Positions 1 through 11,814 of a stretch of 64,000 nt of DNA are shown here, one piece after another. Numbering within the stretch: position 1 is the first letter of the stretch; every line of letters begins with the position of its first letter. The stretch is from an uncultured bacterium (GTDB lineage Bacteria; Chloroflexota; UBA5177; JANWHV01), in assembly GCA_963827235.1 (NCBI GenBank), contig CAWHAE010000010.1:224001-288000 (forward strand). Direction: 5' to 3'. The notes beneath the pieces are model-generated. The model was not told the origin of the DNA. It did not search any database and worked only from the letters and a program-made list of their open reading frames with translations. A program made the translations under genes and the position numbers.

Positions 1-1
1 C

Positions 2-829
2 AATCTCATCTCGGCCCCATTCAAGCTCTCTTCGCGCCAATACCACCCCGAGGATCTCCTGGTGGAGGCCAGCGGCGTGGTGATAGGCGGCAAGCGTGTC
101 GTCGTGGCGGCAGGACCGTGCAGTGTCGAATCGGAAGAGCAGATCGTGGCCTCGGCGCTGGCGGTGCGCGACGCGGGGGCCACGATCCTGCGGGGCGGCG
201 CCTTCAAGCCGCGCACGTCGCCGCACAGCTTCCAGGGGCTGGGCGAGGCAGGGCTCAAGCTACTGGCCCAAGCGGGCAACGCGGCCGGACTGCCCGTGAT
301 CACGGAAGTGATGGACGCGCACGACCTCGACGTGATCTGCCGCTACGCCCAGTTTCTGCAAGTCGGCGCGCGGAACATGCAGAACTTTACCTTGCTGAAG
401 GCTATCGGCCAGACCGGCTATCCGGTCCTGCTCAAGCGCGGCCCCGGCAGCAGGATCAAGGAGCTGCTCATGGCCGCGGAGTACATCCTTTGCGAGGGCA
501 ACAATCGCGTGGTGCTCTGCGAGCGCGGCATCACCACGTTTGAAGACGCGGCAAGGAACACGACCGATATCAACGCGGTGCCGATTCTGAAAGACCTGAG
601 CCATTTGCCGGTCTTTCTCGATCCCAGTCACAGCACCGGGGAGCGCCGGCTGGTGGCGCCGATAGCCCGCGCGGCGGTGGCCGCGGGTGCCGACGGCCTG
701 ATTATCGAGGTTCATCCGAACCCGCCGGCGGCTCGATCGGACGGCAAGCAGTCGCTGTGGCCGGAGCAATTCGCGGACCTCATCCGGCAGCTACGTGCCA
801 TCGCGGAGACAGTCGGGCGCACGCTGTAG
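2..829 (+). CDS. aroF: 3-deoxy-7-phosphoheptulonate (DAHP) synthase, type I-beta; 5' end runs off the window
   Basis: Motifs [47 protein letters not shown]; frame is open from base 2. Confidence 0.93.
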   Translation, partial: NLISAPFKLSSRQYHPEDLLVEASGVVIGGKRVVVAAGPCSVESEEQIVASALAVRDAGATILRGGAFKPRTSPHSFQGLGEAGLKLLAQAGNAAGLPVITEVMDAHDLDVICRYAQFLQVGARNMQNFTLLKAIGQTGYPVLLKRGPGSRIKELLMAAEYILCEGNNRVVLCERGITTFEDAARNTTDINAVPILKDLSHLPVFLDPSHSTGERRLVAPIARAAVAAGADGLIIEVHPNPPAARSDGKQSLWPEQFADLIRQLRAIAETVGRTL

Positions 830-870
830 CGTAGCGCCGGAGAGCGAGCGATCGAACGCCGGACGAGAGA

Positions 871-1959
871 TCAGGCGGCAGTCTCGATCGTACCGCCGCC
901 GAGCACGACGTCGCCGTCGTAGAGCACGAGGGCCTGGCCGGGCGTCACCGCGCGTTGCGGCTCGTCGAAGCGCACGGTGACGGACGTGCCCTCGCTTGCC
1001 GTGACCAGCGCGCCGGCCGCCGAGGCCCTGTAGCGAACTTTCGCCTGCACGCGCCGGCCCACCTCGAGATCGGCGATCGACGTCAGGTGAAAGCCGGATG
1101 CCGAGACATCGCGAGCGTACAGCAGGCGCTCGGGTCCGACTACCAGGACGTTCTGAGCGGCGTCTATACGCGCCACGAATACCGGCTCGGGACGAGCGAG
1201 GCCGAGCCCCTTGCGCTGCCCGACCGTGTAGGCGCCGATACCCTTGTGACGGCCCACCACGGTACCGGAGGCATCCACCATCGGACCGGGTTGCATGGCG
1301 TGCGGGCGCGCGCGTGCCACGTAGTCGTGGTAGGCCCCTTCATGCACGAAACAGATCTCCTGGCTCTCCGGCTTGTCCGCGATCGGCAGGCCGAACTGCC
1401 TGGCGAGCTCACGCACGTGCTCTTTCGTATACTCGCCAATCGGCATCAGGGTCCGTCGGAGATGGGCGGCGTCCAGCGTGTACAGCACGTATGACTGGTC
1501 TTTCAGCTTGTCGACTGCGCGCGCCAGATGATAGCGGTCGCCCTCCGGCTCCCGAATCACTCGCGCGTAGTGTCCGGTGGCGATGGCGTCGCATCCCAGC
1601 GCCTGTGCCTTCGGCCAGAGGGCATCGAATTTGATGTATTGATTGCAGCGTACGCAGGGATTCGGCGTGCGGCCCCTGGCATACTCGTCGTAGAAGTTGT
1701 CGATCACGTGCTCGGCGAACGTATCTTTGAGGTTCAGGACGTAGAACGGGACGCCCAGGATATCGCAGACGGCGCGGGCGTCCTCGACGGCGCCCAGCGA
1801 GCAACAGGCGTCGGCGCGTACGACTGCCTCGTCCGGCAGCTCCGGCCACACGTTCATGGTGATGCCGACTATGTCGTGCCCCTGAGCGTGCAAGAGCGCG
1901 GCGGCGACGGCGCTGTCGACTCCGCCGCTGAGGGCAACCAGGATTCTTCTCTTATTCAT
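871..1959 (-). CDS. mnmA: tRNA 2-thiouridine(34) synthase MnmA
   Basis: SGGVDS, GRTPNPCVRCN, ATGHYA, KDQSYVL, ESQEICF, YTVGQRKGLG, RAVTPGQ. Confidence 0.97.
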   Translation of the reverse strand: MNKRRILVALSGGVDSAVAAALLHAQGHDIVGITMNVWPELPDEAVVRADACCSLGAVEDARAVCDILGVPFYVLNLKDTFAEHVIDNFYDEYARGRTPNPCVRCNQYIKFDALWPKAQALGCDAIATGHYARVIREPEGDRYHLARAVDKLKDQSYVLYTLDAAHLRRTLMPIGEYTKEHVRELARQFGLPIADKPESQEICFVHEGAYHDYVARARPHAMQPGPMVDASGTVVGRHKGIGAYTVGQRKGLGLARPEPVFVARIDAAQNVLVVGPERLLYARDVSASGFHLTSIADLEVGRRVQAKVRYRASAAGALVTASEGTSVTVRFDEPQRAVTPGQALVLYDGDVVLGGGTIETAA

Positions 1960-2414
1960 TTTCGTTGGCCAGTGTTGCTCTCCGCCGGCCCTGTTTGCTC
2001 GCGGCCGGCCCTTGGGGCCATGACCGGAGACCAGGGCGGCCGGTGGGGCTCAACCGAGACTCTAGACGTCGACCGACGCACCGGCACCTTGACGCGGGCC
2101 GGGCGTGCAGGCGCGGTCCGATGCTGCCATGGACGGCGACACTTGAGAGGATACTCGCAGGCTGGGAAAGATGCACGACCGCGCGGATGAAAGACCGGCC
2201 TGCTTTGGGCTCCGGCGTGCCGCCTACCAGTGGCGACAATACGGCGCGGCGGCCACACGGCCAAGGCGACTTGCGCCGGTATGGAGAAATGGCGGCCACT
2301 ATCCCCCAATATGCTGGTGCCTTGCTGAAGCAGGCGGTACTCTTTCCTACGGCACCTTCGCGGCCACGACGTGTGCCGGGAAGCAGACGAGCTAGCATGA
2401 GGAGTTGATAAGAC

Positions 2415-3515
2415 ATGCAGATGCGACGGTGTGGCATTGCCGCACTCTCTCTGGCAGCGCTGGTTGTCGCCGGAACGCTGCAAGCGCCGGGAACGCGGGC
2501 GGCCGGAGCGCCTGTGGTCAACAAGCCGGCGCTTGCGTACGTGGCGAACGGCCAGGTGGCGGTGATCGAAGCAGGCACCCTGACCGTCGCCGGGACCGGG
2601 CAGAACCCGGTCTGGGCACCCAACGCGTCGGCCCTCCTGTTTGACAACCCGGATCCAATCTCCGGAAACGCGGTTATCTACCTGGCGGATCAGCACGGCG
2701 CGAACGCCAAAGTGCTGGTCAAGAGTGCCTATGCCCTGGTCAATCCCACCTGGTCGCCGGACAGCAACTACGTGCTGTACACCAGCATCGCGCCAAACAC
2801 CAAGCCGGCCGGACAAGTGATCCAGCTTCAGGTTCAGGCGGTCAGAGTGTCCACCGGCGCGGTCAAGCTGCTGGGCACCTTCTCCTTCACCGGCGGCTGT
2901 TCGGTGAAGACTACCGCGCTGCAGGACACGTTCGCGCAAGCGCAGGGCAGCTATCGCGGCGTGCCGAGCACACTGATCTGGGCGCAGCCCAATCTCGTCG
3001 TGGTGCAGTCGTCATGTACCGGGCAGGGCCTGACGCTGTTCGACGTGGGCGGCAAGAACGTGCAGACGCTGAGCACGTGGTCGGGCGCGGCACTCTCCCC
3101 AGACGGCAAGCTGATCGCTGCCAACGCCAATGGCAAGCCCGGGATCGTGACCGTTTCTACGCGAACCTCCAAGGTGCTGTCGCTCACGTATGCGCCGGCA
3201 TCGCTGGTCTGGGCATCCAAGAGCGACGCCGTTTACGCCGTCATCCAGCCGTCCAATCCCGCCACCGGCCGGGCGCTGGTGTTCCGATTTACACCGGACG
3301 GCAAGACAAGCCTCCTGCTGGCCGCTATTCCGGCGTCCGGTGCGTTCCACCTTTCGATCAACCATCTCGGCGACCATCTCGTGCTGGCCCTGGTGGCGAC
3401 CGCCTCGCTAAAGGCGGCGGCCCCTCCCGCGGTGACGGTCTACGATGTGGGCACGCTCTACATGGGTAGTCCGCTGCCGCTGATCGGCGGGGTGCAGCCC
3501 GCTTGGCGACCCTAG
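2415..3515 (+). CDS. Secreted protein with TolB/PD40-like beta-propeller repeats
   Basis: Signal peptide; NPVWAP, NPTWSPD, LSPDGK, FTPDGK repeats; GAGGAG RBS. Confidence 0.7.
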   Translation: MQMRRCGIAALSLAALVVAGTLQAPGTRAAGAPVVNKPALAYVANGQVAVIEAGTLTVAGTGQNPVWAPNASALLFDNPDPISGNAVIYLADQHGANAKVLVKSAYALVNPTWSPDSNYVLYTSIAPNTKPAGQVIQLQVQAVRVSTGAVKLLGTFSFTGGCSVKTTALQDTFAQAQGSYRGVPSTLIWAQPNLVVVQSSCTGQGLTLFDVGGKNVQTLSTWSGAALSPDGKLIAANANGKPGIVTVSTRTSKVLSLTYAPASLVWASKSDAVYAVIQPSNPATGRALVFRFTPDGKTSLLLAAIPASGAFHLSINHLGDHLVLALVATASLKAAAPPAVTVYDVGTLYMGSPLPLIGGVQPAWRP

Positions 3516-3541
3516 GTCAGCTCGACCACAGACTTCGTATA

Positions 3542-3574
3542 CGGAGCCCCGCGCCTGCCAGGCGCGGGGCTCCG
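3542..3574. terminator. GC-rich hairpin between convergent genes
   Basis: cggagccccgcgcct-gcc-aggcgcggggctccg, a perfect 15-bp inverted repeat. Confidence 0.6.
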
Positions 3575-3607
3575 CGCGTACGGCCCGTGCCGGCGGAGCC
3601 CCGCCGC

Positions 3608-4846
3608 TCAGAGGCGGCCGAGGTCGATGCGTCCGGTAACCGAATACCGGTAGCCTTCCTCGATCAAGGATTTGAGCGCCATCACCTTTCGACCGGTGAG
3701 CGACACGTTGAAGATCGAAGCCACACCGCGCTCAGAACCCAGCGAGACGACCCGGCCCTTACTCACCGCGACGTACGGCCTGGATTGCCAGCCACTCCAC
3801 CCGGCGACGATGTTGTAGGCCGCCGATTCGGCCATCTTCAGCGCCACCTGGGCAGTCGGCTCGAGGACGCCGCCCGTGCCATCAACCTCGACGAGGGCGG
3901 CATCGCCAACGGCGAACACATTGGGATGTGAAGCGACGCGAAGGTACTCGTCGACCACGACCTGGCCGTTTGGCGCGGTCGGCAGGCCGGAGAGGGCAAG
4001 AAGCGGCGGCGCCATGATACCGCCTGTCCAGACCAATGTGCGGCCGACGAGCCGGTCACCCGAGGCCAGTGAGACGCCCTGCTCGCCGGCAGCTACCACC
4101 TTGCTACCCAGCACCAGGCGTACGCCGAGCTCGGCCAATATGGCTGCCGCACGCGTGCGCAGCTTATCCGGCATGCTGGGCAACACGTGAGGCGACGCTT
4201 CGATCAGCGTCACTCGAGCCTCGCTGGGCGACACGTCGCTCGCCTGGGCCAGCTCCGGGATAACCTCTGCGAGCTCACCGGCGAGCTCCACTCCCGTCAG
4301 GCCGGCGCCGCCGATCAGAAACGACAGCAGCTGAGCGCGCTCGGCCGGCTCGGTTGTCGCCCGTGCCCGGGAAAACGCGCGCCGGACGGTCGCGTTCACG
4401 GTCTCGGCGTCGTCGACAGACTTGAGAGTCAGAGCGGTCTCGGCCAGGCCGGGCACGCCGTAGAACGCGGTGATGCTTCCCACGGCGAGGACGAGCGTGC
4501 TGTAGGCGATCTCTCCCCGGGTCGTGACCACGATGCCGTTCTTCAGGTCGATGCGCTCGACCTCGGCCTGCTCGATGCGCACTGCCGATTTGCCCAGGAC
4601 GTCGTCCAGCGGCACCGACACGTCCTTGGCGCCGATCCTCCCACCCGCCGCCACCGGCAGTTCAGTAATGATCTGGTGGTAGCTGTAGCGGTCGAGAAGC
4701 ACGACCTCGGGAGCACTCGCGCCGTCGAGGTACTTGCTGAGCACCTGAGCGCAGCGCAGCCCGCCATAGCCCGCGCCCACGATAACGACGCGGTGGGCGG
4801 GAAGTGCGTCTGTGGCGGTAAATAGCGGAAGCTCGGTAATGGACAT
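3608..4846 (-). CDS. ndh: Type II NADH dehydrogenase-like NAD(P)/FAD-dependent oxidoreductase
   Basis: VVIVGAGYGG, IGGAGLTGVELAGEL, VWTGG, VFAVGD, PTAQVA; start MSITEL follows a GAGGAG RBS, so the longer ORF-track extension is probably spurious. Confidence 0.85.
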   Translation of the reverse strand: MSITELPLFTATDALPAHRVVIVGAGYGGLRCAQVLSKYLDGASAPEVVLLDRYSYHQIITELPVAAGGRIGAKDVSVPLDDVLGKSAVRIEQAEVERIDLKNGIVVTTRGEIAYSTLVLAVGSITAFYGVPGLAETALTLKSVDDAETVNATVRRAFSRARATTEPAERAQLLSFLIGGAGLTGVELAGELAEVIPELAQASDVSPSEARVTLIEASPHVLPSMPDKLRTRAAAILAELGVRLVLGSKVVAAGEQGVSLASGDRLVGRTLVWTGGIMAPPLLALSGLPTAPNGQVVVDEYLRVASHPNVFAVGDAALVEVDGTGGVLEPTAQVALKMAESAAYNIVAGWSGWQSRPYVAVSKGRVVSLGSERGVASIFNVSLTGRKVMALKSLIEEGYRYSVTGRIDLGRL

Positions 4847-5358
4847 GTTTCTGCTCCTCTGAGTAGGCGCTCGAAGTGCAGGGACGTGACGCCGGCCGAA
4901 GCCAATGCTCGTCGTAGCCGCACCTGCACGCTGCGCGATTGTTGCCGGGTTTGCGGAAGCTCCGCACGGCGGTGCCGGCTGATCGGGCCGGCCGGAGCCT
5001 CCGAGCACGGGGTCCGCGAAGAAGGCAGCGAGCCTGCCTATATCCATCATACGCGGCGCTTTCCGATGCCTCAACGCGGCTCCCGGCACCGGTCTCACAG
5101 CGACGGTGGCCGTGCCCGGCGCGTCCGCCGCCGGCCGAGACAGTGGCGGCAGCGGGATCGCCGGAACAGGGCCACGGATGACGGACCGCAGACACCCGGC
5201 CTTCGGCGCCGGCGAACGTTCCGCGAGTGGCGTGCCGGAGCGGCCTGATCGGGCGTCGGACGGGGAAGAAAACAGAGTTACCCACGGAAACACTCCGAAA
5301 ATCGCGGGAGTCTTGATAGGATATCGGCAGGAATGGGTTGGGCAGCTCGGAGGCGCAG

Positions 5359-6090
5359 ATGTCGGATGCTCGCAGGCAGCCACAGATAGTAGCAATTGGC
5401 GGCGGAGGATTTACCTCCGATCAGGACGACCTGCTCATCGAACGCTACGTGCTTTCGACTGCAAACCGTGAATGGCCGAAGATTCTGTTTCTTGCTACCG
5501 CCAGTGGAGACGCGCAGGATTATATTGCTCGCTTCTATGAGGCGTTCGAGGCGCTGCCCTGCAGCCCATCGCATCTCTCGCTGTTCAGCCCTTCCACTCC
5601 GGACATCGAGTCGCTGATCTCCTGCCAGGACATCATCTTCGTGGGTGGCGGCAACGCCAAAAGCATGCTGGCGCTCTGGCGGGAGTGGCAGCTGGACAGT
5701 ATTCTGCGCGAGGCCTGGCAGCGCGGTATCGTGCTTGCCGGTGTCAGTGCCGGCTCGAGCTGCTGGTTCGCACAGGGCATTGCCAATACGGCCCCCGGAT
5801 CGCCCTCGGCCTTTACCGGCCTGGGCTTCCTGCCCGCCAGCAACTGTCCGCAGTTCGACAGCGAGCCGGACAGGCAGACGTTGTACCGGCGGCTGATCAT
5901 GGACGGCGCCATTCCGGGCGGCTACGCGACCGACCAGGGGGTCGCGTTGCACTTCACCGACGGCGACCTGTACGGCATAGTGTCTGGACGGCCGAACGCC
6001 AAGGCACGGCGAATCGAGCGCGCCACAGGCGGCCTGGCCGAGACGATCCTCACCCCGGTGCCCCTGGCCGACTACCTGACGATCGGCTGA
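5359..6090 (+). CDS. Peptidase E / S51 family (class I glutamine amidotransferase-like)
   Basis: IVAIGGGG, FLATASGD, IFVGGGN, GVSAG nucleophile motif; the usual CPH appears as CPQ. Confidence 0.85.
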   Translation: MSDARRQPQIVAIGGGGFTSDQDDLLIERYVLSTANREWPKILFLATASGDAQDYIARFYEAFEALPCSPSHLSLFSPSTPDIESLISCQDIIFVGGGNAKSMLALWREWQLDSILREAWQRGIVLAGVSAGSSCWFAQGIANTAPGSPSAFTGLGFLPASNCPQFDSEPDRQTLYRRLIMDGAIPGGYATDQGVALHFTDGDLYGIVSGRPNAKARRIERATGGLAETILTPVPLADYLTIG

Positions 6091-6237
6091 TTGCACCGGC
6101 CCACGCCGGCCCCCGGCCGGCGTGGGCCACGCAGGTGAAGGGGAGCCCCGCTATCGTCTCTCCGACTTACAGCCAAGCCACGGTGAAACACGCACGGGCG
6201 GAATATGTTCCGCACTTGGCGGGCCGTGAGGCTCGCC

Positions 6238-6299
6238 GCGCTGAAGCGCCGGGCATCAGGAGCGTCGACATGGCGCTGAAGCGCGGGGCATCAGGAGCG
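6238..6299. repeat. 27-bp direct repeat x2 (period 35)
   Basis: gcgctgaagcgccgggcatcaggagcg at 6238 and gcgctgaagcgcggggcatcaggagcg at 6273, one mismatch. Confidence 0.8.
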
Positions 6300-6304
6300 C
6301 TCAC

Positions 6305-6907
6305 TCAGCCCACGGTCGCCGCCTGGCGCGCCTCGAAGGCCGCGATCATATCCTCGTACTGCAGGGTCCAGCCGATACTGTCCAGTCCGCGCAGCAGACA
6401 ATCCTTCTGGAATGCGTCGATCGTGAAGGCTAAGCGCAATCCGTCCGGCGGCACGACCACCTGCCGCGGCAAATCGATCGTCAGCCTGTAGCCGGGCGCG
6501 GCCTCGGTCTCCTTGAAGAGCCGGTCGACAGCCTGCTCGGGCAACACCACGGGCAGCAGGCCGTTGGCCAGGCAGTTGTTGTAGAAGATGTCGGCATAAC
6601 TGGGCGCGATGATGGCGCGGAAGCCGTAGTCGTGCAGCGCCCACGGCGCATGCTCGCGCGACGATCCGCAGCCGAAGTTGGCCCGCGCCAGCAGCACGGT
6701 CGCACCGGCATACCGCGGGTGGTTGAGCACGAAGTCGGGATTCGGATCCAGCGTGTCGCCGATGTAGCGAAGGTTGGCAAAGAGGTCGGGACCGAACCCG
6801 GTGCGGGCGATCTTGCGCAGGAAGCGCTGCGGGATGATCTGGTCGGTGTCGACGTTGGTACGGTCGAGCGGCATGACCAGACCCTCGTACACGGTGAATG
6901 GCTGCAT
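6305..6907 (-). CDS. leuD: 3-isopropylmalate dehydratase small subunit
   Basis: [30 protein letters not shown]; alternative start at 6928. Confidence 0.96.
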   Translation of the reverse strand: MQPFTVYEGLVMPLDRTNVDTDQIIPQRFLRKIARTGFGPDLFANLRYIGDTLDPNPDFVLNHPRYAGATVLLARANFGCGSSREHAPWALHDYGFRAIIAPSYADIFYNNCLANGLLPVVLPEQAVDRLFKETEAAPGYRLTIDLPRQVVVPPDGLRLAFTIDAFQKDCLLRGLDSIGWTLQYEDMIAAFEARQAATVG

Positions 6908-6963
6908 AGCTGTCTTCGCCTTTCTCATTCCTCATCAAGCCGCGGCAACTCGGCTCGCAGTGC

Positions 6964-8361
<1,398 letters not shown>

Positions 8362-8474
8362 CGGCGATCTACCTTTCTTGGCTGGACCGGACGGCAGGAG
8401 CGCCGCCGCCGGCGGACCGGCCGGGTGGCGCGTTGGATTGCCCACTATGATAAGTCGCGCGAAGCATAGCAGCA

Positions 8475-8512
8475 ATAGACGCGATTCTATATGAGCCATA
8501 ACAATCGGATAT
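8475..8512. promoter_or_regulatory. Putative LysR recognition site in the leuC/lysR divergent region
   Basis: ATA-N9-TAT (T-N11-A) box at 8498-8512 and ATAGA-N6-TCTAT palindrome at 8475-8490, in an AT-rich patch. Confidence 0.5.
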
Positions 8513-8521
8513 AGTCAGAGC

Positions 8522-9433
8522 ATGGAACTGCATCACCTGCGCTACTTCCTGGCTATCGCCGACACGCTGAGTTTTTCACGGGCCGCGGACAGGCTCGGCA
8601 TCACCCAGCCGGCACTCTCGCGGCAGATCCGCGACCTCGAGCGCGAGCTGGGGGCGCCGCTGTTCAATCGCGAGGGCAGGCGCAACTCGCTTACGGCTGC
8701 CGGCGTCGCCCTGCTGCCCGCGGCTCGATCGGCTCTGGCCGAAGCGGAGCGAGGAAAGCGCAACGTGCGCGAGGTGCTGGGGGCGCAGGGCGGGGCGATC
8801 GCGATTGGCTCTTCACCGCAGACAGCCGCAACCGTGCTGGCTCCGATATTCAGGCGCTATCGCGAGACCTGGCCGCGCGTGGACGTCCGGATCGTGGAGG
8901 ACGGCGTCGTATCGCTGATCAAGGCGCTCGAGGAAGGCACGCTCGACCTGGCAGTCGTGCCCCTGGACGTACCCCCGTCCCTGAGCGTGAGCCCGTTTCT
9001 GATCGCCCACATACTGGCCGTGTCCCGGCCCGACCACGCGCTCGTTCAGGGCGACAGCGTGGAGCTGCGCGATCTCGTGGCACCCGCCGGCGCCGAGCCC
9101 GTTCCGCTCTTGCTGCTCAAGGAGCAGTACCTGACGCGGCTTCGGCTTCGCGCCGCCTGGCAGGAGGCAGGATTGCATCCGTACGTGGCCATGGAGAGCG
9201 CTGTCGGCCAGACGCTGGCGGCGTACGCCGAGGCCGGTCTCGGCGTGGCGCTCGTGCCCGACACGGTGGATCTGCGCGGCTACGCGGTGGCTAAGGCGAC
9301 TGTTTGCGAGGATGGGCAGCCGATACTGCTGAAGAACGGAATCGGGTGGAACACTCGCCGCTACCTCTCGCCGGCGGCCGCGCGGTTCGTCGAGCTGGCG
9401 TGTGGAGACGGGGCAGGCTCCGGGCGACTCTGA
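8522..9433 (+). CDS. LysR-family transcriptional regulator
   Basis: MELHHLRYF...SFSRAADRLGITQPALSRQIRDLERELG HTH followed by a substrate-binding domain. Confidence 0.95.
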   Translation: MELHHLRYFLAIADTLSFSRAADRLGITQPALSRQIRDLERELGAPLFNREGRRNSLTAAGVALLPAARSALAEAERGKRNVREVLGAQGGAIAIGSSPQTAATVLAPIFRRYRETWPRVDVRIVEDGVVSLIKALEEGTLDLAVVPLDVPPSLSVSPFLIAHILAVSRPDHALVQGDSVELRDLVAPAGAEPVPLLLLKEQYLTRLRLRAAWQEAGLHPYVAMESAVGQTLAAYAEAGLGVALVPDTVDLRGYAVAKATVCEDGQPILLKNGIGWNTRRYLSPAAARFVELACGDGAGSGRL

Positions 9434-9467
9434 TCGCGCCAGCCGCGAGCGGCGGCGTGCGACAGCG

Positions 9468-11363
9468 TCAGGCGACGATCTGGATGAGCGTGCCGACCTG
9501 CGCCCAATTGAACAGCTGCTCCATGACGTTGTAGGGAACGTTGGTGCAGCCATGTGTTCCCGTGTACGAGCCGCCGGGCTGGCCTGCCACAGTGTTGCTG
9601 CCCGGCCCGTAGTGCCATCGCCAGGGAGCGTCATGCAGGTAGTAGCCGCCACTCGCGTTGTAGAGCAGAGCGAAGTTCGTCGGCGACGGCGGGTAATAGA
9701 GAGGCGACGACTTTGGCCAAGGCGAATGCATCACGAGACCGAGTGCCTTCCACTCCACGTGATAGATGCCCGGCACGGTGGGGGTGTCCGGGCCGCCGTT
9801 GGTGACCAGGGTGTAGGTCACCAACTTGTTGCCGTCATACGCCCAGAGTGCCTCTTTGGCGATGGAGATGACTATTCGCTTGCTCAGCACGGTGAAGCTC
9901 GGCGTGGTCACTTCGCTGGCATTGCCGGCCGCGCCCACGGCCCTGATGACCATGTGGTAGCTGCCCTGAGGGACAAGCGACCTGGATCCGCTCTTCCCGT
10001 TCCAGGAGAGGCCTTTCACAGGGCCGGGGCCCACCAGCCCCATGGCTCGCGTCGCGACGAGCTTCTTGGTGGAGTCCGAGTAGACCTGATAGGTGACGGT
10101 GGCCTGCGAGCCGATTCCCAACGCAATGTGCTCAGATTGGGCCGACTCGGTGAACTCACCGGCCGCGAGCACGGGCGTGGTGAGCAGCGGATGCTGCCGA
10201 TCGAGCACGAAATGCCAGGTCACCGGCACGGATGCTACGCCGACGGCGTTCACGGAGCGCACCCAGGCGGTCCAGGAGCCGTCGCCGAGATCTGAGAAGG
10301 CCAGCGTACGGCCACGCAGGGTTCGCCATTCCGAGGGCCGCTCGCCGCCGTAGGTCAGAGAGTACTGCAGCTTGGCCAGGGGAGCTCCGCCGGTCGAGAT
10401 GGCCAGAGCGGCCACCGGATGCGTGATATTGCTCAGCTGACCCTGCGCCGGAATGGTCGCCGTGAAGCGCGGCGGCTCCGGCCGCGCTCGCTGCACGCCG
10501 AAGGTCCAGACGGCCGGCACCAATCGGTTGCCCGCCAGATCGACGGCACGCACCTCGACACGCCAGGAGCCGTCCTGGAGCGCGGGGAGGCGCAGCGCCT
10601 GGCCGGCCATGCGCCGCCACGCTGGGACCGGTACGCCGGTGGCGCCGGCCGCGCCCTGCATGACGCGATACTCGTAGTAGCGGGTCGGCGCCAGCCCACC
10701 GCCATCAGTCCAGCGGAAGAGCGGCTGGGCGACGCGCGTCCACCCGCCCACCTTAACGTTCGTTGCTGCCAGGACGGGCGGCAACGGACACACGGTGTTG
10801 ACGGCAAATAGACCGCCGTTCTGCCAGCGTCCCGTCTGCCCGTTTGACAGCGACGTGCGCAGCCGCCACCGATAGATGACGCCGTCTGCAAGGCCGGTCG
10901 CGGTCACCCGCAGGCTCGCCGACCTTTGCGCATGCAGCGTGATGCTCTTGCTGCGCTCGCTCGCCTGGCCTGTGAAGGGAGCGCTGGCCGGCACAACCTC
11001 GGCCTCGACACGCACTGCCACGCTCCTGGCCGGTCCCGGCATCGTCACACGGAACGTCACCTTGTCTGCGCCAATCCAGGCACCGTTGGCCACCGCCTCG
11101 CCGCTCTGGTCGAGCGTGATGGCGCGGAGCGGAATGGCGGGGATGGTGGGCACCGGCGTGGGTGCGGCGGGCGCGATCACTGCTACGTGGTGAATGATGG
11201 CCGGCTTCCACACGTTCACGGCCAGCGCGCCGGCTCCCGCGGCGAGCAGGAGCGAGGCCACGAACCAGAGCCGTGCCCACAGCGTCTCAGGGAAAAACTG
11301 CTGTTCACCCAGCGGGATCGTATGCGAACGGTCGCTGCTTGCCTGCCCGTGCAGTGTCACCAT
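9468..11363 (-). CDS. Membrane-anchored L,D-transpeptidase (YkuD) with Ig-like/FlgD-like domains
   Basis: N-terminal TM; C-terminal KRIVISIAKE...TPTVPG...YYLHDAPW...GTHGCTN catalytic motif; WNGK motif upstream. Confidence 0.85.
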   Translation of the reverse strand: MVTLHGQASSDRSHTIPLGEQQFFPETLWARLWFVASLLLAAGAGALAVNVWKPAIIHHVAVIAPAAPTPVPTIPAIPLRAITLDQSGEAVANGAWIGADKVTFRVTMPGPARSVAVRVEAEVVPASAPFTGQASERSKSITLHAQRSASLRVTATGLADGVIYRWRLRTSLSNGQTGRWQNGGLFAVNTVCPLPPVLAATNVKVGGWTRVAQPLFRWTDGGGLAPTRYYEYRVMQGAAGATGVPVPAWRRMAGQALRLPALQDGSWRVEVRAVDLAGNRLVPAVWTFGVQRARPEPPRFTATIPAQGQLSNITHPVAALAISTGGAPLAKLQYSLTYGGERPSEWRTLRGRTLAFSDLGDGSWTAWVRSVNAVGVASVPVTWHFVLDRQHPLLTTPVLAAGEFTESAQSEHIALGIGSQATVTYQVYSDSTKKLVATRAMGLVGPGPVKGLSWNGKSGSRSLVPQGSYHMVIRAVGAAGNASEVTTPSFTVLSKRIVISIAKEALWAYDGNKLVTYTLVTNGGPDTPTVPGIYHVEWKALGLVMHSPWPKSSPLYYPPSPTNFALLYNASGGYYLHDAPWRWHYGPGSNTVAGQPGGSYTGTHGCTNVPYNVMEQLFNWAQVGTLIQIVA

Positions 11364-11481
11364 GGCTTCATACTAGCAGGCTCACTATGAGCCCGCCATG
11401 AACTAGTCAGGTGATCCGGCGAACGGATGCACGTTGTCGTGACCTTGCGGAAGAGACAGGTACACTGAAAGGAGTCGCCGC

Positions 11482-11604
11482 TTGGGGCAAGAGAGGTCTG
11501 GGGCCGGGCAAGAAACGAAGGGTCCCATTGGGGCAAGAGAGGTCTGGGGCCGGGCAAGAAACGACGGGTCCCAATCGGCGCGGCCAGAGTATACTTGGGG
11601 CAAG
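11482..11604. repeat. 46-bp tandem repeat x2 plus a 10-bp partial third copy
   Basis: ttggggcaagagaggtctggggccgggcaagaaacga(a/c)gggtccca at 11482 and 11528; ttggggcaag at 11595. Confidence 0.9.
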
Positions 11605-11814
11605 CGATTGAGTGCAAAGCGTCGGCTACTGCGGTCCGATGCCCAGTCGACATAAGGTTCTGGCCTGACACTGTCATATCACGGCGTCTGGATGCCTCGC
11701 GGCGATCGGTTTCGGTGGGGGGAGCCACGGGGCGTGAGCGATCGATACCAGCACGGACGGATGCCCATATGTACCTATTCAGCATGATATTCGCGGGAGG
11801 CAGTGGTTCGGCAT

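Noticed and set aside
4847-5395. Long N-terminal extension of the NDH-2 ORF (likewise the 27047-28624 extension of tsaC and 8362-8499 of leuC)
   Set aside because: Low-complexity Pro/Arg/Ala-rich sequence or antisense to real genes; family homology begins at the downstream starts
11482-11604. CRISPR array
   Set aside because: Units are directly adjacent with no unique spacers; only two copies; no cas genes
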